From positions 320,085 to 384,084 of the forward strand of contig CAVPOM010000009.1 of NCBI GenBank assembly GCA_963707025.1: 64,000 bases of DNA. Direction: 5' to 3'. The first letter of the stretch is position 1. The number at the start of each line of letters is the position of its first letter. This DNA is from an uncultured Verrucomicrobiae bacterium. GTDB lineage: Bacteria > Verrucomicrobiota > Verrucomicrobiia > Limisphaerales > Palsa-1400. Made by a program: the position numbers and the translations under genes. Below are positions 27,937 through 37,861 of this stretch, piece by piece. Below the pieces are notes generated by a model. The model was not told the DNA's origin. It worked only from the letters and a program-made list of their open reading frames with translations, and did no database searches.

Positions 27937-28887
27937 CTAGGGAGCCGTGGTGTTTATGTAATCCAGAATGGACAGGTGCATGATCACCTCGCTGCTTTGC
28001 AGGGCGGCTTGATAGGCGGTCTGGGTCTGGTCCAGTTTCGTCAGGGTGGTGGCCAGGTCGGCGCTGGTGAGATTGGAGGTCTGGGTGGTAATGTTGGTGC
28101 CCAGTTGCGTGGCCGCGGTGCCGGCGCTCTCCAAGGTGGATTGAAGGACCCCATTGTCCGCAATTCCGGAAACAATGTTGTTCTCGTCCTTGGTCAAGTT
28201 GGGGCTGTCGGTGGAGGCGATGGCGGCGGTGTTGCCGGAAGTCAGGTTCTGTTGCAGCGAAATCAAATCACGGAACAAATCCGCGCCGGAACGGCTGTCG
28301 GCCAGGAGTCCGACCGGGCCGGTGCCGGTGGGGTTGCCCCCGGGAACCAGGGCCGAAACGGTCTGGCCGGGGCCGATCTGGCTTTGGGACAGGGCGGTGT
28401 TGCCCTTGTAAGTGACCGCGGTGACGTTGCCGTTGGCATCGGTGGTGGCGACAAACGGCGGCTGACTGTTCACGGTGCCGCCAAAAATGTAATGGCCCTG
28501 CGCGTCCTGGGTGTTGGCCGCCTGCAGTGCTTCCTGGATTAAATTGCCGACTTCCGTGGCGTAAGCAGCCATTTGAGTGGAGGAAGTGACGCCGCTGGCC
28601 TCAGTGGCGATTTCGCCGGCCTGTTCGGTGAGGGTTTGCAGGCTGTTCATGGCGGAGGCGGCGCTGGTGGCGGTGCCCTGAAGCTGGGTGATGTTGCCTT
28701 GGTATTGGGCATTGGCCCCGGCCTGCGCTTGCAGGTTGAGCACCTGTTCCATGGTGGCGGGGTCGTCCTCCGGCAAAGTGACTTTCAGACCCGTGGTGAC
28801 CTCGCTTTGCAGTTGGATCTGCTGGCTTTGCAGTTGATTGGTCTGCGCCAGGAAATTGCTGGCGAATAAATCGGTGGAGATGCGCAT
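27937..28887 (-). CDS. flgL: Flagellar hook-associated protein 3, FlgL
   Basis: Flagellin-like N-terminus MRISTDLF...Q...LQ and position after flgK. Confidence 0.85.
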   Translation of the reverse strand: MRISTDLFASNFLAQTNQLQSQQIQLQSEVTTGLKVTLPEDDPATMEQVLNLQAQAGANAQYQGNITQLQGTATSAASAMNSLQTLTEQAGEIATEASGVTSSTQMAAYATEVGNLIQEALQAANTQDAQGHYIFGGTVNSQPPFVATTDANGNVTAVTYKGNTALSQSQIGPGQTVSALVPGGNPTGTGPVGLLADSRSGADLFRDLISLQQNLTSGNTAAIASTDSPNLTKDENNIVSGIADNGVLQSTLESAGTAATQLGTNITTQTSNLTSADLATTLTKLDQTQTAYQAALQSSEVIMHLSILDYINTTAP

Positions 28888-28913
28888 AGGTTTTAATCCG
28901 GTTGGCAGTATTA

Positions 28914-30299
28914 TTAGTGCTTCATGTTAATAACTGTCTCCATCATGGCGTTCAAGGTGGTGACCAGTTGGGCGGAGGCTTCGTAGGCCTTTTGGAACTC
29001 CATCAGATTGGTCATCTCTTGATCTATGGAAACCCCGCTTTGCGAACTGCGCTGATCGGTCAAGGTGGTGCTGATGGCCTGGCTGGTGTTGAGCTGCTCG
29101 GCCGCCGTGTCTATGGCATGGCCCAGGTTGGCGACGGCCTGGGCGTAGCTCTGGGTCAGGGACTGGTTGCCCAGGGCGGCGTTGTTCTGCGTGGCCAGGT
29201 CCGCCAGGGAAAGGGCGATCTGGCTGTCCCCGCCGGCCCCGGGGATGCTGCTGGCCTGGAACTGGGAGGGGTCGGAAACCAGGCTGCTGTTGACGCCGAT
29301 GTCGGCGGCGCTGGTTCCGGTGAAAAAAACCTGGCCGGTGCCGCCGCTGGCATCATAGCCCGCCGAATATATATTATTGACTTGTGTAATGAGTTGCCCA
29401 GCCAGGGTGTCGAGGCTGGTTTGCAGGCCGGCCAGCGCGCCGTCGCGGGCGGCGATGTTGCCGCCGATGCTTCCGCCGGTCACGGCCAGGGGCGTGGCCC
29501 CATTCCCGTCCTGGATGAGGAGCTGTCCGCCTCCGGTGTCGTAAGTTTGCAGGCCGTCAACCGCCTGCCCGCCGCTGACCATGGACACGCCGCCGATGCT
29601 GATGTCCACGCTGCCGTTGGCCTGGGCGGCGGTGGAAATGTTGACCATGCTGGCGAGGTGCTCGATGGTTTGCTGGCGTGTATCCACCAAATCATCGGCC
29701 GTGCCTCCCCCGGCTTCGGCCAGGACGATCTGTAGGTTGAGGGTGGCGATCTGGCTCAAGTCCTGGTTGCTGGAGGCCACCTCGTTTTCAATGGTGGTGT
29801 TCAAATTGCCGCGGACCTGGCTGAGGTTGGCGGAAACCTGGTTGAATTGGTTGGTCACTTCCTGCGCGCTTTGCACGACCGTGGCCGGGTCGCCCGCGCC
29901 GGTGGTCATGCTGGAAAAGGAATTGAAAAGATTGGAGAGCATGGCGGCCAGGCCGGTGGTGCTGGCGGCGGAGGCGCTGGTGAGTTGCTCGCCCAGGTAA
30001 GCCTCGGCATTTTGCAGGGCGCTTTGCTGGGCGGTGAAGGAGCCGGTGAGGCTGTTTTCAGCGACAATTTGGTTGTCCAGCAGGCTGTCGCGAGATTCGC
30101 TGATGGAGACCACGTTGGCGCCGGTGCCTTCCTCCCCGGCGGGCGTTTCCAGCCCCGGGGTGGTTTGGACCACCGCCTGCTCGTCAGCGTAGCCCGGATT
30201 ATTGACATTGGCCATGTTTTGTCCGGCCACGGCCATGGCCTCCTGCTGCGTGGCAAGAGACCGGGAAGCCAGATCGAGCGTACCAAAGAGTCCGAGCAT
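28914..30299 (-). CDS. flgK: Flagellar hook-associated protein 1, FlgK
   Basis: N-terminus GLFGTLDLASRSLATQQEAMAVAGQNMANVNNPGY and C-terminus SGVSIDQEMTNLMEFQKAYEASA. Confidence 0.9.
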   Translation of the reverse strand: MLGLFGTLDLASRSLATQQEAMAVAGQNMANVNNPGYADEQAVVQTTPGLETPAGEEGTGANVVSISESRDSLLDNQIVAENSLTGSFTAQQSALQNAEAYLGEQLTSASAASTTGLAAMLSNLFNSFSSMTTGAGDPATVVQSAQEVTNQFNQVSANLSQVRGNLNTTIENEVASSNQDLSQIATLNLQIVLAEAGGGTADDLVDTRQQTIEHLASMVNISTAAQANGSVDISIGGVSMVSGGQAVDGLQTYDTGGGQLLIQDGNGATPLAVTGGSIGGNIAARDGALAGLQTSLDTLAGQLITQVNNIYSAGYDASGGTGQVFFTGTSAADIGVNSSLVSDPSQFQASSIPGAGGDSQIALSLADLATQNNAALGNQSLTQSYAQAVANLGHAIDTAAEQLNTSQAISTTLTDQRSSQSGVSIDQEMTNLMEFQKAYEASAQLVTTLNAMMETVINMKH

Positions 30300-30315
30300 A
30301 AATGGTTGGTTGGTG

Positions 30316-30822
30316 TCAGCCCACGGCGTTGTAAAGCGGGTGGACGTTGAGCACCGAGCCGCGCTTGTGGCCGTTGCCGTTATAGAGGGAGGTTTGACGC
30401 GCCGGAAAAAGCGTGCGCAACAATTCCTGCATCAATTCCACCGAGCGGCGCAACAGGACGTGGTTTTGCCGCGCCCGCTGGCGGACCCGTCCCAGCAATT
30501 GGTTGTTTTCATCCACCAACGCCCGCAGCAGCGGCCGGTAATCGGGCGGCAGGAGTGGGATCAAATGGGTGAACGAGGCGCTTTCCGGCTGGCGGCAGGC
30601 CAGCGCGGCCGCGCCGCGGCATTTCTCGCGCTGTTGCCGTGCGCCCTGGATGGCGGCGGCCTGGGCCTGAATGAGGCTGATGGACTGGAAAATCTCCCCG
30701 GCGGAGCGCGCTTTGACCTGCTCCTGCTGGCGGTCCAGCAGGACCAGCATTTCGCCATACTGCTGCAATTCCTCGCGCAACGCGGCGATAAGCGGCCCAA
30801 GGCTGTCGGTAGAGTCATTCAT
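30316..30822 (-). CDS. flgN: FlgN-like flagellar export chaperone
   Basis: Helical 168-aa protein (LREELQQYGEMLVLLDRQQEQV) directly upstream of flgK. Confidence 0.6.
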   Translation of the reverse strand: MNDSTDSLGPLIAALREELQQYGEMLVLLDRQQEQVKARSAGEIFQSISLIQAQAAAIQGARQQREKCRGAAALACRQPESASFTHLIPLLPPDYRPLLRALVDENNQLLGRVRQRARQNHVLLRRSVELMQELLRTLFPARQTSLYNGNGHKRGSVLNVHPLYNAVG

Positions 30823-30825
30823 GGA

Positions 30826-31206
30826 TTACTGGCTTGATTTTTTATGCAAGGCAACGGCCAGCGGCGTCAGGGTGGGAGGCGCCGCCGACGCGTTGGGCAA
30901 TACCTGATGGGCCAGTTCGCCCTGCAAACTTTTGCCCAGCCCGAACGAGCCGGAGCGGCTGATGCTCTCGGCCAGTTGGTTGTTGATCATGTCATCATAA
31001 ATCCCCGAGGTCGTGGCGTCCGCCGGGGAAGAGGGGGTGACCGAGGACTTGCGCGTTTCCTGCAACATCTGGCGCAACAGCACCGCTTCAAATTGCCGCG
31101 AAACTTCCGCCACTTTTTCCTGGTCGGGAATATTCTTGTTGGCCGCCAGATCGCGCAACGGCACGTCGCAAGCCTTGAGGTGGGGATGAAGCGCCAGGAG
31201 GTTCAT
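30826..31206 (-). CDS. Rod-binding protein (FlgJ N-terminal domain only)
   Basis: SRQFEAVLLRQMLQETRK...GIYDDMINNQLAESISRSGSFGLG matches the rod-binding domain. No muramidase domain is present. Confidence 0.7.
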   Translation of the reverse strand: MNLLALHPHLKACDVPLRDLAANKNIPDQEKVAEVSRQFEAVLLRQMLQETRKSSVTPSSPADATTSGIYDDMINNQLAESISRSGSFGLGKSLQGELAHQVLPNASAAPPTLTPLAVALHKKSSQ

Positions 31207-31207
31207 G

Positions 31208-32323
31208 TTAGCGAAGGATTAATTCGGCCTGCAAGGCCCCCGCCTCTTTCATGGCTTCGAACATGGACATCATGTCGCGCGGGGTGACGCCGAGGGAATT
31301 GAGGGCGGAGGCGACCTTTTCCACCGTCGGCAATTCGGGCAGCGCCACCATGGATCCCTTGTCCTCTCTTATCTTGGCGTCGGTGCGGGTGGTGACGGCG
31401 GTGGTGCCGCCCTGGCTGAAAGCGTTGGGCTGCGACACGTCCTGGGTGGAGGCGATGCTGATGGTGACGTTGCCGTGGGAGACGGCGCAACTGGAGATGT
31501 GAATGCGCGCCGTGGCCACGATGGTGCCGGTGCGTTCGTTGATCACGATGCGGGCCGGAACGTCCGGCGTGACCAGCAGCATTTCCAACTGGGCAATGAA
31601 ATCAATGGGCGACCCTCCCCAATTGGCCGGTATTTGCACCTGGACGCTGGTCGCATCCAGCGCCGTGGCGGAATTGGTAAATCTCTCATTGACGGCCACG
31701 GCCATGCGCGCGGCGGAAGTAAAATCCGGCTCGCGCAGGATCAGTTCCAAATGATGGTCGCTGATGATGGTGGCGGGGATTTCCCGCTCGACCAGCGCGC
31801 CGTTGATGATCGTCCCCACCGTGGGATGGTTCTTTTGCACGGTGGCGCCGCCCGCTCCCCCCGCGCCCGCGGATAGCCCGCCAATGGACAGTGTGCCCTG
31901 ACCCACCGCATAAACATTGCCGTCGGCGCCGTACAAGGGGGTTTGAATCAACACGCCGCCTTGCAGGCTCTTGGCGTCGCCCATGGAAGAAACCACCACG
32001 TCCAGCCGGCTGCCAGGTTTGGCAAAGGCGGGGATGTCCGCCGTGACCATCACCACCGCCACGTTTTTGGCCGAGAGGGTGGTAATCGGCACGGTCAGCC
32101 CGTAGCGTTGCAGAAGGTTGGCCAGGGTTTGCAGCGTGTCAATCGGGTTCATATCGCCGTCGCCGGCCAGCCCGGTCACCAGTCCGAAGCCGGACAACTG
32201 GTTGTCCCGCGCGCCGGAGATCATGGCGATGTCCTTGATGCGCGAACCGGCCGCCGCGGCGGAGCCGGCCAAGGCCAGCCACGCGCCCAGCAACAAGACG
32301 TAACAACAAAAGGCGCGGCGCAT
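31208..32323 (-). CDS. flgI: Flagellar P-ring protein FlgI
   Basis: RIKDIAMISGARDNQLSGFGLVTGLAGDGD and a C-terminal LNSLGVTPRDMMSMFEAMKEAGALQAELI. The start at 32323 has a GAGG 7 nt upstream and yields a signal peptide. Confidence 0.9.
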   Translation of the reverse strand: MRRAFCCYVLLLGAWLALAGSAAAAGSRIKDIAMISGARDNQLSGFGLVTGLAGDGDMNPIDTLQTLANLLQRYGLTVPITTLSAKNVAVVMVTADIPAFAKPGSRLDVVVSSMGDAKSLQGGVLIQTPLYGADGNVYAVGQGTLSIGGLSAGAGGAGGATVQKNHPTVGTIINGALVEREIPATIISDHHLELILREPDFTSAARMAVAVNERFTNSATALDATSVQVQIPANWGGSPIDFIAQLEMLLVTPDVPARIVINERTGTIVATARIHISSCAVSHGNVTISIASTQDVSQPNAFSQGGTTAVTTRTDAKIREDKGSMVALPELPTVEKVASALNSLGVTPRDMMSMFEAMKEAGALQAELILR

Positions 32324-32331
32324 GGCAAACC

Positions 32332-32970
32332 TCAGAACGGGTTGATCTTGTCCCAAATCCGGTTGAACCAGCCTTTGTTCTGGCTGTCGGTGATGGCGCC
32401 GTGCGAAACGAACTGGATGGAGGCGTCGGCGATATTATAGCTGAAAACGGTGTTGTTGGCGGCGATGTCGTCGTAGCGGATGGTGCCGCGCAGGATGGCG
32501 TCCTGTTTCTCACCGGAGAAGGCGGTGTGGCGGCGGCCTTCCACCACCAGGTTGCCGTTAGGCAGCACGTCAATGACCCGCACGGCCACCTGGTCGGTGA
32601 TGGTTTCCGCATTGTTGATCTGGCCGCCGCCGGAATACGTGTTCTTGTCGGAGAAATTCAGCGCCGGATACGCTCCGCCCTTGGTCAGCAATCCGCTGGC
32701 GGCGGGACCGTAAAGGAAGCTGGCGATGCTGGCGTTGACCCCCGTCTGCTTGGCGGTGGTGGTGTTGTTATTGCGCGTGGCGGCGTTGTTTTGCTGCACG
32801 ACGATGGTCACGATGTCGCCCACCCGCCGCGCCTTTTTATCGGCGAACATGGAACTGGGCGAGGTGTCCGTTTTCCAAAGCGAGTCCGCCACGACGCTGG
32901 TCACCTGGAAAGTGACCAACAGGGCGATCAAGTGGGCCGGGTCAAAGAGTAATGCGGATAGTTTCTTCAT
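32332..32970 (-). CDS. flgH: Flagellar L-ring protein FlgH
   Basis: FADKKARRVGDIVTIVV...NGNLVVEGRR...IRYDDIAANNTV. Confidence 0.9.
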   Translation of the reverse strand: MKKLSALLFDPAHLIALLVTFQVTSVVADSLWKTDTSPSSMFADKKARRVGDIVTIVVQQNNAATRNNNTTTAKQTGVNASIASFLYGPAASGLLTKGGAYPALNFSDKNTYSGGGQINNAETITDQVAVRVIDVLPNGNLVVEGRRHTAFSGEKQDAILRGTIRYDDIAANNTVFSYNIADASIQFVSHGAITDSQNKGWFNRIWDKINPF

Positions 32971-33976
32971 TTTGGACCTTTCCAGATAATTCACGCCTGG
33001 TTTTGGGGTTGCGCACCCGGACGATTTGCCCGAGCAAACCGTCTTCCAGGATTTCCACTTTGAGTGAAATGGTCAAACTCCCCTCCTCAAAAACCCCGTC
33101 CACCAACTGGCCGCGCTTGAGGAGCGGGCGCGGACGCACCGCGCGGCAGGGCACCGGCTGGCCGGCCGCGATGTTCTCCACCAGGGCCAGCGAGTTGTCG
33201 TCCTTGGAAATGTTCATGATCGCGTCGCGCGTCGCCAAAAGGTCGCGGCGCTCCATCACGATGTCGGCCTCGCGCAGCAACTGGCCGCGCGTCAGCGGGG
33301 AATGGGCCACCGCCGCCTCCCGCCAAATCTTGGCCTGCAACACCGCCTGCCAGTGGCCGACCCGTTCCGGGCCGTTCCACAAATCAAATCCGGCCACAAA
33401 ATTAGGAATGACACCCGCCGCGGGCATCTCCCCGAGGGTGAGACGCAGCGGTTCGTCCGGGACGGTCACCGCCATCCAGGGACGGGCAAAACCCAGTTCC
33501 AATTCGCCCAGATCTTTAACGTAATCCCGCTGCAGCGTCGCCCTGAGCAGACCGGTCATTTCCACCTCGCCCAATTCGCGGGTCAGGCGCACCACCCGCA
33601 CGCGGGCAGGGCCGGTCCAGTTGCTGGCGCTCATGCCCGCCACGTTCGTCCGGGCCAGAGCGAGGACCTGGTCGCGCGACAAAAAGATCGTTTGGCCCAG
33701 GGAGGGAGCTGGGGCCAAACGAATTCGTGGGAGGGCCACAGGCGGGTTTGCGTTGACGATCTGATTGAGGAAAATGCCGGAACTGTCCACCCGCGCCTCG
33801 GAGGGCAACTGCCAGGAATGGGCGGGCGCCGCAAGCTCCTTGCCGGCCACGGTCAGGGCGGGCTGCGAGGGCGGCTGTTCTGGAGCATCGCCCGCCCCGG
33901 CAGGCCAGCCGGAAAGGACGGCGGCCAGCGCCAGGGCGGGAATGCTCATATTGTTCTGCAAAGGTTTCATGCTCAT
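32942..33976 (-). CDS. flgA: Flagellar P-ring assembly chaperone FlgA
   Basis: C-terminal SAF/FlgA block GQPVPCRAVRPRPLLKRGQLVDGVFEEGSLTISLKVEILEDGLLGQIVRVRN, and position between flgG and flgH. Confidence 0.75.
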   Translation of the reverse strand: MSMKPLQNNMSIPALALAAVLSGWPAGAGDAPEQPPSQPALTVAGKELAAPAHSWQLPSEARVDSSGIFLNQIVNANPPVALPRIRLAPAPSLGQTIFLSRDQVLALARTNVAGMSASNWTGPARVRVVRLTRELGEVEMTGLLRATLQRDYVKDLGELELGFARPWMAVTVPDEPLRLTLGEMPAAGVIPNFVAGFDLWNGPERVGHWQAVLQAKIWREAAVAHSPLTRGQLLREADIVMERRDLLATRDAIMNISKDDNSLALVENIAAGQPVPCRAVRPRPLLKRGQLVDGVFEEGSLTISLKVEILEDGLLGQIVRVRNPKTRRELSGKVQNEETIRITL

Positions 33977-34758
33977 CAGCGGCGCAGGTTGTTGCTCTCC
34001 TGCATCATTTCGTCGGCGGATTGCACGGACTTGGAGTTGACCTCGTAGGCGCGTTGCGCCACGATCATGTTGACCATTTCTTGGACGACCTTGACATTGG
34101 ACATTTCCAGGTAGCCTTGTTGGAGCGTGCCGTATCCTTGTTGACCCGGCGTCCCCGTTTCCGGCGTCCCGGAAGCCAGGCTTTCCGTGTATAAATTGCC
34201 GCCAATGGAGTTCAGACCCGCCGGATTGGTGAACCGCACCAACTGCACCTGGAAATTCTGATTGCCGCTGGAGGAGGTGGTAGTGACCATGCCGTTGGAG
34301 CTGATGGTCACGCCGGTCGTCCCCACCGGAATGGGCTGAAAGCCGCCCTGCAAGGGCAATCCGTCGCTGGTCGTCACTTGCCCGGTGGCGGATCGTTTGA
34401 GGGCGCCGTCCCGCGTGTAGGCGATTGAGCCATCGGGCATTTGCACCTGGAAAAACCCGTCGCCATTGATCGCCAGATCCAGTTGTTCACCCGTCTGGGT
34501 CAGTTCGCCTTCCGTAAAAACTTTCGCGGTCGCGACCACGCGGCTGCCATGGCCCACCTGGATGCCGGTGGGCAATTGCGTCCCGCTGCCAGCCTCGGCC
34601 CCCGGCGCGCGGGTCGTCTCGTAGAGCAAGTCCTGGAACTCAATCTTACTTCGTTTAAAGCCGGTCGTGTTGACGTTGGCCAGGTTGTTGGCGATAACGT
34701 CCAGGTTGGCTTGCTGGGCTTCCATGCCCGAGGCGGATGAATAAAGAGATCGCACCAT
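33976..34758 (-). CDS. flgG: Flagellar distal rod protein FlgG
   Basis: MVRSLYSSASGMEAQQANLDVIANNLANVNTTGFKRS and C-terminus GYLEMSNVKVVQEMVNMIVAQRAYE. Confidence 0.92.
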   Translation of the reverse strand: MVRSLYSSASGMEAQQANLDVIANNLANVNTTGFKRSKIEFQDLLYETTRAPGAEAGSGTQLPTGIQVGHGSRVVATAKVFTEGELTQTGEQLDLAINGDGFFQVQMPDGSIAYTRDGALKRSATGQVTTSDGLPLQGGFQPIPVGTTGVTISSNGMVTTTSSSGNQNFQVQLVRFTNPAGLNSIGGNLYTESLASGTPETGTPGQQGYGTLQQGYLEMSNVKVVQEMVNMIVAQRAYEVNSKSVQSADEMMQESNNLRR

Positions 34759-34766
34759 AAATTATA

Positions 34767-35528
34767 TCAGGCCGGGTTGCCCAGGTCGGCGATGGTTTTG
34801 CTCAAACGATCATCCTGAATTTGGATGACATGCTGATTGGCCTCGAAGCCGCGCATGGCCGTCATCAGGCTGGCCATTTCCAGCACCGTCGAGCTGTTGG
34901 AGGTTTCCAGATAGCCCTGGCGCACCGTGGAGGTGACCGGCTGGGGCTGAACGCCGGGGTTTTGGGCCACAAAATAACTGGCGCTGATCTGGGTGAGCAG
35001 CCCCGGATTGTTGAACTCGGCCAGGGCCAGTTTGCCCTTTGAACTGGCGCCTTGGCTGATGTCGCCGCCGGAAGAAATGGTCATGGGCGTCGGGTCTTGC
35101 GGGTTCAGTTGCACCGGGATTTGAGCCGGCCCGGCCTGGCTCAACACCGGATAACCCTCCTTGGTGGACAGTTGGCCCTTGGCATTCATCTGAAATTCAC
35201 CGTCCCGCGTATAGCCGGTCGTCCCGCCGGGCAGTTGCACCGCAAAAAACCCCTTGCCCTCAATGGCCACGTCGGTCGAGATACCGGTGGGCTTCATTTC
35301 CCCGCCGGTAAAATTGATGCTCGTCGTGCCTTGGGGAAGAACGAACATTTGCGGAGATTGGCTCCCGTTTAAGCCGCCCGGCATCAATCCCGCTTGCACC
35401 GCCGCAATGGACAACTGCTGTTTCTTATAGCCGGGCACCGAACTGGACGCCAGATTGTCCGCAATGATCTCCTGCCAACGGCTGTTGGTATTCAGAGCGG
35501 CGCCTGCCTGGAACAAACTAACATTCAC
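34767..35528 (-). CDS. flgF: Flagellar proximal rod protein FlgF
   Basis: IADNLASSSVPGYKK and C-terminal GYLETSNSSTVLEMASLMTAMRGFEANQ. A GTG start at 35528 is preceded by GGAG. Confidence 0.8.
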   Translation of the reverse strand: MNVSLFQAGAALNTNSRWQEIIADNLASSSVPGYKKQQLSIAAVQAGLMPGGLNGSQSPQMFVLPQGTTSINFTGGEMKPTGISTDVAIEGKGFFAVQLPGGTTGYTRDGEFQMNAKGQLSTKEGYPVLSQAGPAQIPVQLNPQDPTPMTISSGGDISQGASSKGKLALAEFNNPGLLTQISASYFVAQNPGVQPQPVTSTVRQGYLETSNSSTVLEMASLMTAMRGFEANQHVIQIQDDRLSKTIADLGNPA

Positions 35529-35669
35529 GAACTCCAGCGGAGCAACGACTATGCCACGGGAAAAAGCCGTTGAATTACAGGCACTTACAAATTTCGAACC
35601 GCCCGACCGGGGCAAAACTTGCCATGAGCGCCGGGCTAAAATTGCCCCTTTGCCAACGCGGCACGATTA

Positions 35670-36375
35670 TCAAACGAAGGCGCCAGCGATGCGCGGGCCG
35701 ATTTGCATCCTCCCAACGACGACCGCGCCGGCTTCCACCAAGAAATGCCAGGGCATGCACGTCGCCAAACAACCGCGCGGTGGACTTCAGGGCGACAGAG
35801 TTCCGGGCGCGGAGATTGGCGGCAAGTTCCCCGGCGATTTCCGCTGAGCCAACCGTCAATGAGTCCGGCCAGCGAAAATGTGTTCCCAACGGAATGATCA
35901 GGTGGCTGGCAGTCAAGCTGCCTTTAATGTCGGCCGTCGGGTAAATCGTCAACGACCGTTCCACGGCCAGCTTGCCGCGGAATTGTCCCCTGATGACCGC
36001 GTCGCCCACAATGGAATCGGTGTTAATGACACAACCTTTGGGCTCGATGACGAACACCCCTTTGGTCTTGAAATTCTTGCCGATGGCGCTCGTGATGCGA
36101 TAATCGTGCAGGTCCACGTAGGCGCTGCATTGTCTGCACATCGTGGACTCGGCGCTGGCCGGCACCTCCAGTTCGGCCCCGCACCCGAAACAGGCGACCC
36201 GTCTCTGTTGCGGCGCCGGGGCGGGCGCTTGCGGCGCAGGGCTGAGAATGTCCTGAACGCGGAGATGCCGCCCGCACTCTTTACAAAAGGTGGAGTAGGC
36301 CGAGCGCGGCTCCTTCTGCTGGTGCCCGCAGTGCGGGCAAGCCAGCAGGACCTTGTCCTGTTTGACCGCCGACAT
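35670..36375 (-). pseudogene. Bactofilin-domain protein with two N-terminal zinc ribbons; one frameshift near 35750
   Basis: CPHCGH...CKECG and CFGCGA...CRQC, followed by bactofilin beta-helix repeats. After LFGDVHA the natural continuation HFLVEAGAVVVGRMQIGPRIAGAFV plus a stop (35670-35672) is in another frame. Confidence 0.65.
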
Positions 36376-36406
36376 TCAAAGTGTTTCCCCACCCCCGTCG
36401 CCGGGC

Positions 36407-36826
36407 TTAACGGCCGGCCTTGGAAAATTCGTGAGTTTTTGGCACTTCCATCGGACGCGCCGGGGGCGCCGCGGGTTGGACCTTGTTCGGATTGACTTCC
36501 GTTTTGCCGACAAAGGTCACCCCCTCCTCCACCACCAGTTTGGTGGCACGGATGTCGCCAAACAATTCCGTCTTGGACTTGATCTCAATTTTTTCCTTGG
36601 CGTTGATGTTGCCGTTGACCTTGCCGCGCACCACCACCGTTTGCGCGTTGATGTTGCCGTTGATCACGGCGCTGTCGCCGAGGGTCAAACTGCCCTCGGT
36701 GTTGATTTCGCCGTCCAGTTTGCCATCAAAGACCAGTTCGCTGGTGAACTTGATATTGCCTTTGACTTCGACATCGGAGTTCAACGTGTTTTTGGATGTG
36801 CTGCCTGTGTTCATTGTGTCCATCAT
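36407..36826 (-). CDS. Bactofilin (CcmA/BacA-like polymer-forming protein)
   Basis: DVEVKGNIKFTSELVFDGKLDGEINTEGSLTLGDSAVINGNINAQTVVVRGKVNGNI...FGDIRATKLVVEEGVTFVG is the canonical bactofilin repeat. Confidence 0.85.
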   Translation of the reverse strand: MMDTMNTGSTSKNTLNSDVEVKGNIKFTSELVFDGKLDGEINTEGSLTLGDSAVINGNINAQTVVVRGKVNGNINAKEKIEIKSKTELFGDIRATKLVVEEGVTFVGKTEVNPNKVQPAAPPARPMEVPKTHEFSKAGR

Positions 36827-37036
36827 TCCTCCTTCTGTTTCATTGAAGTTATACTTAATGCAGAAAGACTATGACGTCAATGAATTATTTTCGCCCTGCA
36901 TCCAGGCGGGCGCATCCCAGTTTTTGGCAGGGTCGCGGCGCTGCGCCAGCGCGCACGCCGTGCGCGCCGCGGCGGGTCCCGATCATTCGGGACCCGCCCT
37001 GCCGCGTAATGCGGCTGCAGTATTTGTGAAACCGCT

Positions 37037-37861
37037 CTAATTGCGGGAGGCGGTTTGCGTTGCGCCGGGCGGGGCAATCCTCTCCAGCACATCCACCCCG
37101 TTGACCCTCTCGTAGGTGAGCTTGTAGGGCTGGCCCAGCGCCAAGTCCTTTAATTCTCCGGGCTTTTCGCCCTCGCCTTTCAACAGGATTTGGCAATCGT
37201 TAGCCAGATCGAATCTCACGTCGCCGGTCTTTTCCTTCGCTTGCAGAGTGCGATCTGTCGGGTCAATCGAGTCAACCACCGCGACCGCGGTCAAGCTCCG
37301 GTCGGTGATGCGGTAGGCCACCGACGAGCTGCCGGGCAGATCGTACAGGACGGTTATGCGGTCGCCGGAATTGAGTTGCGCCAGCGCGCCGCTGCGCCCG
37401 TCCGGCATGACGATGCCGCAGTTTGCCGCGGTGTGGAACACCTGGGGCGCGCGGAAGGGCGCGTAAAGAGGCGCCTGGGCCATCGTTACCGTGCCATCCT
37501 TCTGATTGACATCCCGAACCGTGCCATCGTAGCGCAAGGCCCGTTCGGTGATGCGGTCGGCCACCAGGACACCTTGGACATTCTGATAGCGAATCTCCAC
37601 CTTCTCACCCGGTCGCAGATCGCTCAGGACGGCGCTGCTTTTATCCAGCGACGAAACCGCGCATTTCTGGCCGATGTGGAAGGTCCTTGCGAACCAAAGG
37701 GGCGGCCTCACCGCCATGGTGTTGTCCTGCGGGTTCAAGGCAGTGAGCGTGCCCGTGCAGCTTTGTTCGTTGTTCATGCTCGAGGTCTGTTCACCGGCCT
37801 TCAGGCCCAGCGGAACGGCAACGAGCAGAGCCAGTAATCCCATTGTGCTAATAGTTTTCAT
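37037..37861 (-). CDS. Secreted protein built of three tandem ~80-aa beta-rich repeats (DUF5666-like)
   Basis: Signal peptide MKTISTMGLLALLVAVPLGLKA, then three units that share the pattern GT(V/L)..(V/L)(N/D)..D.T...F....C.I.....L.DL..G(D/E)...(I/V).Y.....VA.RI. Confidence 0.6.
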   Translation of the reverse strand: MKTISTMGLLALLVAVPLGLKAGEQTSSMNNEQSCTGTLTALNPQDNTMAVRPPLWFARTFHIGQKCAVSSLDKSSAVLSDLRPGEKVEIRYQNVQGVLVADRITERALRYDGTVRDVNQKDGTVTMAQAPLYAPFRAPQVFHTAANCGIVMPDGRSGALAQLNSGDRITVLYDLPGSSSVAYRITDRSLTAVAVVDSIDPTDRTLQAKEKTGDVRFDLANDCQILLKGEGEKPGELKDLALGQPYKLTYERVNGVDVLERIAPPGATQTASRN

